Position numbers and translations under genes: made by a program | Assembly: GCA_020854825.1 (NCBI GenBank) | Contig: JAHKLY010000002.1 | Span: 175,485 to 239,484, forward strand | Source: Candidatus Micrarchaeota archaeon | GTDB taxonomy: Archaea; Micrarchaeota; Micrarchaeia; Anstonellales; JAHKLY01 | Direction of reading: 5' to 3' | DNA: 64,000 bases | The notes under the pieces: model-generated | Database searches by the model: none | Seen by the model: the letters and a program-made list of their open reading frames with translations, nothing else | What the model was told of the DNA's origin: nothing | Shown here: positions 21,167-29,573 of the stretch, piece by piece | Layout of the letters: every line of letters starts with the position of its first letter | Position numbering within the stretch: the first letter of the stretch is position 1

Positions 21167-21742
21167 TTAATCTACCTCCTCTTTTCCGATACAAACACAT
21201 GCGTGTCTAATTACTTCTCCATTTAGTAAATATCCTTTTTTCAAAACTTTTGTAATTTCTCCTTCTTTGCCTTTTTCATACATAAGAGCTTCATGTTTAT
21301 ATGGATCAAATTCTTTGCATTCCATTACTTCTAATCCTCTTTTTTTCAAAGTAGATAATAGTTTTTCATGCAACATTATTAATCCTTTTTTAATATTTTC
21401 ATTATTTTTATCTTCTTTAATATGTTTCATAGATTCTTCTAATTCATCTAAAAATTCTAATAAATCTAATATTAATTCTTTATTAGCTGTCTTTTTTAAT
21501 TTTTCAATTTCTTTATCTGTTCTTTTATGATAATTATCAAATTCTGCATGTAATCTTAGAAGTTTCTCTTCTAATTCTTCAATCTTTTTTGTATTTTCTA
21601 TTTGATTATTTTCTGTTTTTTCACAATCACAATTTTCATCATTACAATCGCAGTTTTCATCATTACAATCGCAGTTTTCATCATTACAATTGCAATTCTG
21701 ATTTTCACAATTACAGTATTGGTTTTCACATTCTTTTTTCAT
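21167..21742 (-). CDS. grpE: Nucleotide exchange factor GrpE with Cys-rich repeat N-terminus
   Basis: RLHAEFDNYHKR, FDPYKHEAL, KGYLLNGEVIRHA. Directly upstream of dnaK. Confidence 0.93.
   Translation of the reverse strand: MKKECENQYCNCENQNCNCNDENCDCNDENCDCNDENCDCEKTENNQIENTKKIEELEEKLLRLHAEFDNYHKRTDKEIEKLKKTANKELILDLLEFLDELEESMKHIKEDKNNENIKKGLIMLHEKLLSTLKKRGLEVMECKEFDPYKHEALMYEKGKEGEITKVLKKGYLLNGEVIRHACVCIGKEEVD
21623..21730 (-). repeat. 21-bp coding tandem repeat (5 units) encoding (NDENCDC)n
   Basis: ACAATCGCAGTTTTCATCATT exact at 21644 and 21665, with variants at 21623, 21686 and 21707. Confidence 0.9.
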
Positions 21743-21746
21743 ATTT

Positions 21747-22127
21747 TCACCCGTCTTTTATTTCAATTTTTCTTCTTTTTTCTGTTATTATGAATTCTTT
21801 ATCCATCCTTTCTGCCATATTCTCTAATTCTTCAAACATTCTAATCATTTTTTTTCTTCTAAAATCAACATAATCTTCTATTGAATTAAATTTCATTTTA
21901 TATTTTCCTTTTTTTTCTTCTAATAATCCTTGTTCTTTTAATCTTTCTAAATGGTGTCTAACTGTTAAGCGGTGAAGACCGCTTAACTTAGATAATTCAG
22001 TGCTAGTTATTGGTTCTTCTTTTTTACATAAAACTGATTTAAATACAATCACTGTTGTTCCTTCTGTATCCCTTTTTGAGAGCAATCTTGCTTTTTTACA
22101 AAATTCTTCTATCTCTTTTTGATTCAT
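21747..22127 (-). CDS. Winged-HTH regulator in the heat-shock operon
   Basis: ITSTELSKLSGLHRLTVRHHLERLKEQGLL. Lies between hsp20 and grpE. Confidence 0.85.
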   Translation of the reverse strand: MNQKEIEEFCKKARLLSKRDTEGTTVIVFKSVLCKKEEPITSTELSKLSGLHRLTVRHHLERLKEQGLLEEKKGKYKMKFNSIEDYVDFRRKKMIRMFEELENMAERMDKEFIITEKRRKIEIKDG

Positions 22128-22137
22128 TATTGCACCT

Positions 22138-22584
22138 TTAATTTACTTCAATTCTTTTTTTCTCCTTTTTTGAATCTGGTTTTTTCTTTACTGTTATTTC
22201 TAATACTCCATTTTTGTATGTTGCATTTACTTGATTTGGATCTGCAGTTTCTGGTAATGCGAATGTTCGTTTAAATCCCCCATATGATCTTTCATATCTT
22301 ATATATCCTTCGGCTTCTCTTTTTATTTCTTCTTTTTTCTCAGTTTTAACTTCTAATCTATTTCCAATTACTTCTAATTGTATATCTTTTTTTTCTACTC
22401 CAGGTATATCCATTATATACACTATCTCATCTTCTTTTTCAATGATATCACTTAGTGGTGCTGAATATGTATTTATCCCTTGTTTGTTTGTTAGCATAGG
22501 CAAATTACTTTGTCTTAAATTAAACAAACTATCCATTTCTTCTTGCATTCTTTGTACCTCATCCCAAATAGTCCATCTTCTCAT
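22138..22584 (-). CDS. Small heat-shock protein (Hsp20)
   Basis: DIPGVEKKDI, ERSYGGFKRTFALP, ATYKNGVLEI, terminal IEV motif. Confidence 0.95.
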   Translation of the reverse strand: MRRWTIWDEVQRMQEEMDSLFNLRQSNLPMLTNKQGINTYSAPLSDIIEKEDEIVYIMDIPGVEKKDIQLEVIGNRLEVKTEKKEEIKREAEGYIRYERSYGGFKRTFALPETADPNQVNATYKNGVLEITVKKKPDSKKEKKRIEVN

Positions 22585-22603
22585 ATTTATACACCTCCTA
22601 TTT

Positions 22604-22666
22604 TGTTAATAAGATATTAACTATTTAAAAACGAAATATTTAAAAAGTGTTAGTATGGTATTAACA
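22604..22666. promoter_or_regulatory. Two palindromic candidate operators flanking the hsp20-dnaK TATA box
   Basis: TGTTAATA-AGA-TATTAACT (22604-22622) and TGTTAGTA-TGG-TATTAACA (22648-22666) around minus-strand TTTTTAAATA. Confidence 0.65.
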
Positions 22667-22733
22667 TTTTTAATTATTAAATCTTTTAAAAAATAACAAA
22701 AGTTTATATACTTTTTAATATTATTAAAATATA

Positions 22734-24485
22734 ATGAAAAAAATCTTATTAATATTATTACTATTTACTATCTTAGTATTTGCTAAATCCTATTCTATAG
22801 GGCCAATGACTCAAGAAATTTATATTAATTTAGATGGAACTGTTGATATTAATGAAACTCTATCTTATTCTTTTAATTCCGGTTCATTTTCAGAAGTTTA
22901 TAGAACTATCCCATTATCTTGGCAAGGCGCTGTTTTTGAAATTTTAGAATGTCAAGTTTATGAAGATGGAAAACCTATTAATACACGAGTAGATAGCATA
23001 GGAAATAATAAAATAGAGTTAATTGGATATAGTTCATGGAAGAATGAAGTACACGATTATACTTTTTCATATAAAATTTCGCATATTATTGTATGCTATG
23101 AAGATGTATGTGATTTTTACTGGAAATTAAAGGGAACTGAATGGGATAAACCTTTTCCTTCGTTAAAATCAAAAATATATTTACCCTCCAATATTTCTAA
23201 AGAAAATTATAAAGCATGGGGACATGGACCATCAAATGGAAATGTAGAATTGTTTGACAATTATGCTTATTATACTGCAAGTGATATTGCAGGTTCGCAA
23301 TATGTTGAAGCACGCTTAGCTTTTCCTTCTGAATTAATAACAGACAAATCAAATACAATAATAAAAAATGAAATGGGTTTAGAAAAAATAATAAATGAAG
23401 AGCTATCATTTTATGAAAATAATGATTTATCAACTTATGAAGAAAAAGAGGATTCATTAATAATATTTTTATTAATTTTTATTTGGATTTGCGGACTAAT
23501 TAGTATTTATTTTATTTGGAAAAAATATGGTAAAGAACCAGAAATTAATTTTGATGCAAAATATTATAGAGAATTACCCAATAACTATTCTCCTGCTGTT
23601 TTAGGATGTTTGATAGATGCAATTAATAAAAAACCAAGGACAAACGATATAGTTGCTTGTATCTTAGATTTAGCCCAAAAAGGATACCTAAAAATAAAAG
23701 AAGTTCCTGCTAAAAAAACATGGGGTATTTTTGGAAAGGATACACATACAATTATAATCCGAACAAATAAAGAGGATACAAACTTATTAAGTTTTGAAAA
23801 AGATCTTTTAACTTTCCTATTTAAAAATAAAAAGGAAGTTGATCTAGATAACAAATTTAAAAAATATAATTCTACAAATTATTCTTTTTTCGAAGAATGG
23901 AAAGATAATGTTAAAAAACATGTAGAAAAATATAAATTCCATAATTTAGAAGATGCAAAAACAGGAAAAATATATACTCTACTTGTAATTCTAATAGTAA
24001 CATTCTTATCTCTGATTATATCCTCAATATCTATTTGTTTATGCCCATTAGTAGCCATGTTAATACCATTCATAGTTATGTTTAGTATTATATTTTATTT
24101 TGGACTATCAAAACCATTTGAAAAAAGGACTGAAAAAGGTGCATTAGAATACGAACAATGGATGGCTTTCAAAAGATTTTTAGAAGATTTAACTTTAATG
24201 AAAGAAAAACCTCCATCTGCAGTTGAATTATGGGGCCATTATTTAATCTATGCAGTTTCATTAGGCGTTGGAGAAAAAGTAATAAAATATATTAATTTAG
24301 AATATCCTAACAACTCTCCTAACTGGTATATATCAAATAACATAAATACTACATTTACTATGGCTTCTTTTATGGCATTGAATACAACTATGGCATCAAT
24401 TTCTCCTTCCTCATCAGGTTCTGGTGGAGGCTTCGGAAGCGGAGGAGGTTTCGGAGGAGGTGGTGGTGGCGGAGGCGCCAGGTGA
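22734..24485 (+). CDS. DUF2207 family membrane protein
   Basis: Signal peptide, LDGTVDINETLSY, SPAVLG, WGHYLIYAVSLGV, Ser/Gly-rich tail GGGFGGGGGGGGAR. Confidence 0.9.
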   Translation: MKKILLILLLFTILVFAKSYSIGPMTQEIYINLDGTVDINETLSYSFNSGSFSEVYRTIPLSWQGAVFEILECQVYEDGKPINTRVDSIGNNKIELIGYSSWKNEVHDYTFSYKISHIIVCYEDVCDFYWKLKGTEWDKPFPSLKSKIYLPSNISKENYKAWGHGPSNGNVELFDNYAYYTASDIAGSQYVEARLAFPSELITDKSNTIIKNEMGLEKIINEELSFYENNDLSTYEEKEDSLIIFLLIFIWICGLISIYFIWKKYGKEPEINFDAKYYRELPNNYSPAVLGCLIDAINKKPRTNDIVACILDLAQKGYLKIKEVPAKKTWGIFGKDTHTIIIRTNKEDTNLLSFEKDLLTFLFKNKKEVDLDNKFKKYNSTNYSFFEEWKDNVKKHVEKYKFHNLEDAKTGKIYTLLVILIVTFLSLIISSISICLCPLVAMLIPFIVMFSIIFYFGLSKPFEKRTEKGALEYEQWMAFKRFLEDLTLMKEKPPSAVELWGHYLIYAVSLGVGEKVIKYINLEYPNNSPNWYISNNINTTFTMASFMALNTTMASISPSSSGSGGGFGSGGGFGGGGGGGGAR

Positions 24486-24489
24486 TAAA

Positions 24490-25338
24490 TTGCATTTAAT
24501 AATTGGAATAGATCCAGGAACAACAACAGGAATTTCAGCTCTTAATCTAAACGGAAAACTAATTAAAATAATTAATATGAGAAATGCAGGAAAATCAGAA
24601 GTAATAAAACAAATATTGGAAATTGGAACTCCAAGTATTATCGCTACAGACAAAAAACCTTGCCCAGATTCTGTTTTAAAAATAGCAGCAAGTTTTAATA
24701 TAAGATTATTTGTTCCAAAAAAAGAGTTATCACAAGAAGAAAAAAAGAGAATAATAAAAGAACAAAACATCAAAGTTGAAAATAATCATGAAAGAGATGC
24801 ATATTCTGCTGCATATAAAGCATATCATGAATTTAGCAATAGGTTGCAACAAATAGAAAATAAAATTGAATTTATAGAAAAGGAAAGAGATTATTTAAAA
24901 CATTTAGTATTAAATGGCCACTCTTTAAATAATGCAATACTCTTCTTAAAAAAACCAGTAGAAAATATAGAAAAAGAAATAAAAACAAAACCGACTACAA
25001 AAGAAAAAACTATTGAAACCTTTATATTTGAAATTAAAACTTTATCTAATAAAAATCAAGAGTTAAAAAAATCAGTCGAAAGATTAAAAATTGAAAAAAC
25101 CTCACTTGAACTAATTATCAACCATGAGAAAAATGAAAGAAAAAAAGAAATTGAAAAAAACAAAGAAGTAATTCGTCTCAAAAATGAAATTATTAGATTA
25201 AAACTATATATTGAAAATACTAAAAAAAAGAAAAAACCCAAAAAAAAGCAGAAAAAAGATAATAGAAAGTATTTAAAAAACTTAGTTGAAAATATTATTA
25301 CTGAATACAGAGACAAAAGAAAAAAAGAATTAAACTAG
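24490..25338 (+). CDS. DUF460 domain protein (RNase H-like fold with coiled coil)
   Basis: IIGIDPGTTTG, IIATD..P, HERDAYSAA. TTG start after GGTGA RBS. Confidence 0.85.
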   Translation: MHLIIGIDPGTTTGISALNLNGKLIKIINMRNAGKSEVIKQILEIGTPSIIATDKKPCPDSVLKIAASFNIRLFVPKKELSQEEKKRIIKEQNIKVENNHERDAYSAAYKAYHEFSNRLQQIENKIEFIEKERDYLKHLVLNGHSLNNAILFLKKPVENIEKEIKTKPTTKEKTIETFIFEIKTLSNKNQELKKSVERLKIEKTSLELIINHEKNERKKEIEKNKEVIRLKNEIIRLKLYIENTKKKKKPKKKQKKDNRKYLKNLVENIITEYRDKRKKELN

Positions 25339-25350
25339 GAGGTGTCATAT

Positions 25351-25629
25351 ATGACAGAAAAAGAAGACAATACAGTTTTTATAGGAAAAAAGAATATTAT
25401 GGGATATGTATTAGCAGTAGTAACCCAATTTAATAACGGAGCAAATGCAGTAGAAATAAAAGCGAGAGGAAAAACCATATCCAAAGCAGTAGATGTAGCT
25501 GAAATTGTAAGAAATAGATTCATGCCAGATGTAACTGTAGAAAAAATTGAAATCAAAACTGAAGAACTAATGTCTGAAGATGGATCAAAATCAAAAGTCT
25601 CTGCAATTGAAATTAAATTAAAGAGATAA
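25351..25629 (+). CDS. albA: DNA/RNA-binding protein Alba
   Basis: [37 protein letters not shown]. Confidence 0.96.
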   Translation: MTEKEDNTVFIGKKNIMGYVLAVVTQFNNGANAVEIKARGKTISKAVDVAEIVRNRFMPDVTVEKIEIKTEELMSEDGSKSKVSAIEIKLKR

Positions 25630-25675
25630 ATAATACATCTCTTTTTTTATTTTTCTTTTTTAAATATGTGATTAA

Positions 25676-27004
25676 ATGGAAAGAACATTAATAAATAATC
25701 TAAAAAATAGAATAGATAAAGAAGTGCTAATCAAATGTTGGGTAGCAAATATTAGAGATAAAAATAAGATAAAATTTATAATAATCAGAGATAGGACTGG
25801 AGAAACGCAAGGAATTGCATTAGAAGAAGACTGTGAAAAAGAATCATTTGGTTTAATATCTACTATCTACCGAGAATCAGCAGTTGAAATTAAAGGAATT
25901 GTTAAAAAAAGTGAACAAGCAAAGGAAGGCTATGAAGTTCTTATAAAAAATATTAAAATTTTATCTCCTTCAGAACCTAAACTTCCAACAGAAGTTTATG
26001 GTAAAATAGAATCAAATTTAGATACACGATTGGATAATAGATTTTTAGACACTAGAAGAAAGGAGATTAATGCTATTTTTAGAATACGATCACAAGTATT
26101 TAAATCTGCTGTTGAATATCTAGATTCACAAGAATTTACAAAAATTGCTACTCCTAAAATTACAGTTTTAGGTTTAGAAGGAACATCAAATAATGAAAAA
26201 AGTGGATCTGAATTATTTACAATAGATTATTTTGGAAAAAAAGCATATCTAGCTCAATCTCCTCAGCTATATAAACAAATGTTTGTTGCAGGAGGTTTTG
26301 AAAGAGTTTATGATATAGGACCTGTATTTAGAGCTGAAAAATCACATACTACAAGACATGTAACTGAATTTACAGGTATTGATTTTGAAATGGGTTTTAT
26401 TGAAAATGAAAATGAAATAATAGATGTTGCAGAAGGATTGATAAAATATATTACTACTAAAATAAATGAAAAATGTAAAAAAGAATTAGAAATTTTAAAT
26501 AGGGAAATTTCTATTCCTAAAAAAATACCTCGTTTAGATATAAATGAAATAAGAGAAATCTTAAAACAAAAAGGAAAAGAAATACCTATTGACGAGGATT
26601 TAGATGCGGAAGGAGAAAAAATATTAAGTGAATATATTAAAGAAGAATATGATGAAGAATTTGTATTTGCATTAAATTACCCATTCAAAAAAAGACCATT
26701 TTATCATATGAAACCTGAAAATGATCCAAACGGAACAAAATCATTTGATTTAATTTATAATGGAGTAGAAATAGCAACCGGTTCTCAAAGAGAACATAGA
26801 ATTGATATTTTAGCAAAACAAGCAAAAGAAAAAGGTTTAGATTTAGATCAAATGCCAGAATATAAAAAAATATTTATGTATGGATGTCCACCTCATGGGG
26901 GGATGGGATTGGGTTTAGATAGAATAGTTGAAAAAATATTAAAATTAGATAATATTAGAGAAACAATTTTATTACCAAGAGATCCAGAAAGATTAAAACC
27001 TTAA
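25676..27004 (+). CDS. aspS: Aspartyl-tRNA synthetase, archaeal type
   Basis: LAQSPQLYKQ, FRAEKSHTTRH, PPHGGMGLGLDR, PRDPERLKP. Confidence 0.95.
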   Translation: MERTLINNLKNRIDKEVLIKCWVANIRDKNKIKFIIIRDRTGETQGIALEEDCEKESFGLISTIYRESAVEIKGIVKKSEQAKEGYEVLIKNIKILSPSEPKLPTEVYGKIESNLDTRLDNRFLDTRRKEINAIFRIRSQVFKSAVEYLDSQEFTKIATPKITVLGLEGTSNNEKSGSELFTIDYFGKKAYLAQSPQLYKQMFVAGGFERVYDIGPVFRAEKSHTTRHVTEFTGIDFEMGFIENENEIIDVAEGLIKYITTKINEKCKKELEILNREISIPKKIPRLDINEIREILKQKGKEIPIDEDLDAEGEKILSEYIKEEYDEEFVFALNYPFKKRPFYHMKPENDPNGTKSFDLIYNGVEIATGSQREHRIDILAKQAKEKGLDLDQMPEYKKIFMYGCPPHGGMGLGLDRIVEKILKLDNIRETILLPRDPERLKP

Positions 27005-27016
27005 AAATATTTAAAA

Positions 27017-27192
27017 GCCTCTGTAGCTCAGCTTGGTAGAGCGCTTGCTTGGTAAGCACTTTCTTTACGCCTTCGGCGCAAAGAACCTGCACTAAGAAAA
27101 TCTAAAAAGCAAGAGGTCGTGGGTTCAAAAATCTTTGAATGATAAATCATTCAAAATTTACCAATCAAAGATTGACAATCCCATCGGAGGCT
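27017..27192 (+). tRNA. tRNA-Thr(GGT) with introns at 37/38 (27055-27107, 53 nt) and 59/60 (27130-27178, 49 nt)
   Basis: Acceptor GCCTCTG/CGGAGGC, D stem GCTC/GAGC, anticodon stem CTTGC/GCAAG, T stem GTGGG/CCCAT. BHB central helices TTGG/CTAA and TTCA/TGAC (3 of 4 bp). Confidence 0.92.
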
Positions 27193-27209
27193 TTTTTACA
27201 GTGATAAAT

Positions 27210-27788
27210 ATGAATTACACAGAATATCAAAAAATGCTTGAAACTGCTTGTAATACAATTTTAAACGGAGGGATAATTCTTTATCCAACTGATACTGTTT
27301 TTGGTTTAGGTTGCAATGGGTTAAATGAAAAAGCAGTTAAAAAAATAGAAAAAATAAAAAAAGTAGAAGAAAAAAAACCAATTTCTGCAGTGTTTGGACA
27401 TATTGATATAATTAAACAGTATTGCAAAGTTTCTAAAGAACAAGAAGAAATATTAAATATATATTTACCTGGCCCATACACGTTTATTTTACCTTTAAAA
27501 AAACAACTTCCTTTATCGACTAATAACACATTGGGTGTAAGAATTCCCAATGATAAATTTTGTATTGATTTAGGAAAAACATTAAAACTCCCAATTGCAT
27601 CAACAAGCGCAAATATTAACAAAGAACCAACACAATTCCAATTAAATGAAATAAACAAAGAAATAATTGAACAAGTAGATTATATAATAAAAGGAGAATG
27701 CAAAGAAAAAGAAGCTTCAACAATAGTTAATTTAATAAATAATATCTCAATAATAAGACAAGGTACAGGAATTTTTGAAATTAGGTGA
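27210..27788 (+). CDS. tsaC: Threonylcarbamoyl-AMP synthase (YrdC/TsaC domain only)
   Basis: YPTDTVFGLGC, PGPYTFIL, GVRIP, STSAN. Start moved downstream of the tRNA. Confidence 0.92.
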   Translation: MNYTEYQKMLETACNTILNGGIILYPTDTVFGLGCNGLNEKAVKKIEKIKKVEEKKPISAVFGHIDIIKQYCKVSKEQEEILNIYLPGPYTFILPLKKQLPLSTNNTLGVRIPNDKFCIDLGKTLKLPIASTSANINKEPTQFQLNEINKEIIEQVDYIIKGECKEKEASTIVNLINNISIIRQGTGIFEIR

Positions 27789-27792
27789 AAAC

Positions 27793-28326
27793 ATGAAAAA
27801 AGTAATATTAGTAGATAAAGACGGCAACCAAATAGGAGAAGAAGAAAAACAAAAAGCACATTTAGAAGGTAAACTACATAGTGCTTTTTCAATTTTAATT
27901 TTTAATAGTAAAAAAGAATTATTAATTCATAAACGAGAACGCAGTAAATATCACTCTGGAGGATTATGGACAAATACTGTTTGTAGCCATCCAAAACCAG
28001 GAGAAAAAATTGAAGATGCAGTAAACAGACGGTTAAAAGAAGAAATGGGATTAACAGCAAAACTTACAGAAATAGGAAAATTTACATATAAAACACAAAT
28101 AAAAGATTTAATAGAACACGAGATAGATCATATTTTCATAGGATTTTCAGATGAATTACCAAAACCAGACTCAAAAGAAATTGAAGAGTATAAATATATT
28201 TCAATAAAAGAATTAAAAAAAAATATGCATAATAATCCAAATAAATATACATATTGGTTTAAAATAATAATAAATAACTATGAAAAAGATATCCATACCT
28301 TTATAAACTCCAAAAATGATAATTAA
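27793..28326 (+). CDS. idi: Isopentenyl-diphosphate delta-isomerase type 1
   Basis: AH..GKLHSAFS, WTNTVCSHP, RRLKEEMG, EHEIDH. Confidence 0.93.
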   Translation: MKKVILVDKDGNQIGEEEKQKAHLEGKLHSAFSILIFNSKKELLIHKRERSKYHSGGLWTNTVCSHPKPGEKIEDAVNRRLKEEMGLTAKLTEIGKFTYKTQIKDLIEHEIDHIFIGFSDELPKPDSKEIEEYKYISIKELKKNMHNNPNKYTYWFKIIINNYEKDIHTFINSKNDN

Positions 28327-28376
28327 AGTAATAAGAATAAACAAAAATTAGTGAAATACTACTTATTTTGTTTTGA

Positions 28377-29573
28377 ATGGTGAATAAAATGATGAATAAA
28401 TTAAATACAAAAACTACCCAATCATTAAAAAAAATGGGTTTTGAGAATTTAACAGAAGTACAAAAAAAAGTAATTCCTTTTATATTAGAAGGTAAAGAGG
28501 TAATCTGTAGAAGTAAAACCGGAACAGGAAAAACAGCTGCTTTTGGAATTGGACTAATAGAACGTTTAGTTGAAGAAAAATCAAAAAAAGGACTAATTAT
28601 TACTCCCACTAGGGAATTAGCTGTTCAGGTTTCAAAAGAATTACACCAAATAGGAAAGATACACAGAATTGAAGTTCTAACTATATATGGAGGGGTTAGT
28701 ATTGATAATCAAATTTCAAACTTAAGACATAACCCAGAAATTGTTGTTGCAACACCTGGAAGATTATTAGATTTAATACAAAGAGGAAATATAAATCCAA
28801 AAAAATTTGATATGGTAATTCTAGACGAAGCAGACATTATGTTAGATATGGGATTTATTGATGACATTGATAAAGTATTACAAATGATTCAACCACCCCC
28901 CTTAATTGCACTTTTTTCAGCAACTGTTGATGAACAAATATTAAATATTGCAAAAAAGTATATGAGAAATTATGAATTTATTGAAATATCAGATATGTCT
29001 AAACCGATTGAGATAAGCGAAAAAATAATTGATGTAACTAAAAATGAAAAATTTGGTGCATTATTAGATATACTTTTTGAAGATAAAAATAGAAAAACTT
29101 TGATTTTTTTGAATACAAAACGAGGTGTTGAAAGAGTAGCTGAAAAAATAGAACAAAAAAGATTTAAAGTTGGTACTTTACATGGGAATATGTCTCAAAA
29201 TAAAAGAGAATTTGTACTACAGCAATTTAAAGAAAATAAAATAAATATATTAATTGCAACAGATGTAGCTGCTAGAGGAATACACATAAATAACGTAGAT
29301 TTAGTTATAAATTTTGATTTGGCTAAAACAGCAAAAACACATTTACATAGAATCGGGAGAACTGGAAGAATGAATCAGAAAGGAAATGCAATTTCATTTA
29401 ACACTGTAAATGAATTACGTAGTGAATATATCGGTTATTTACCACCTGTTGAAAGTGAATCATATACTTATAAAGAAAGAGGAGAAAATAAACAAAAAAG
29501 AAAAGGAAGAAAACAAGAAAGAAATAAAGGAAATTATAATCCCCAATATGGTGATCCTAATTACTCATATTAA
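28377..29573 (+). CDS. DEAD-box RNA helicase
   Basis: TGTGKT, PTRELA, DEAD, FSAT, ARGI, HRIGRTGR. Start approximate. Confidence 0.95.
   Translation: MVNKMMNKLNTKTTQSLKKMGFENLTEVQKKVIPFILEGKEVICRSKTGTGKTAAFGIGLIERLVEEKSKKGLIITPTRELAVQVSKELHQIGKIHRIEVLTIYGGVSIDNQISNLRHNPEIVVATPGRLLDLIQRGNINPKKFDMVILDEADIMLDMGFIDDIDKVLQMIQPPPLIALFSATVDEQILNIAKKYMRNYEFIEISDMSKPIEISEKIIDVTKNEKFGALLDILFEDKNRKTLIFLNTKRGVERVAEKIEQKRFKVGTLHGNMSQNKREFVLQQFKENKINILIATDVAARGIHINNVDLVINFDLAKTAKTHLHRIGRTGRMNQKGNAISFNTVNELRSEYIGYLPPVESESYTYKERGENKQKRKGRKQERNKGNYNPQYGDPNYSY

Noticed and set aside
21623-21730. 21-bp repeats as a CRISPR array
   Set aside because: The repeats are contiguous without spacers, in frame within grpE, and no cas genes are present.
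24408-24485. GC-rich GGA/GGT repeat island
   Set aside because: It is the ordinary Ser/Gly-rich tail of DUF2207. The overlapping poly-Pro antisense ORF is a shadow.
27135-27209. N-terminal extension of the TsaC ORF
   Set aside because: It lies inside the tRNA-Thr T-loop intron and 3' exon. ATG 27210 fits the domain start.
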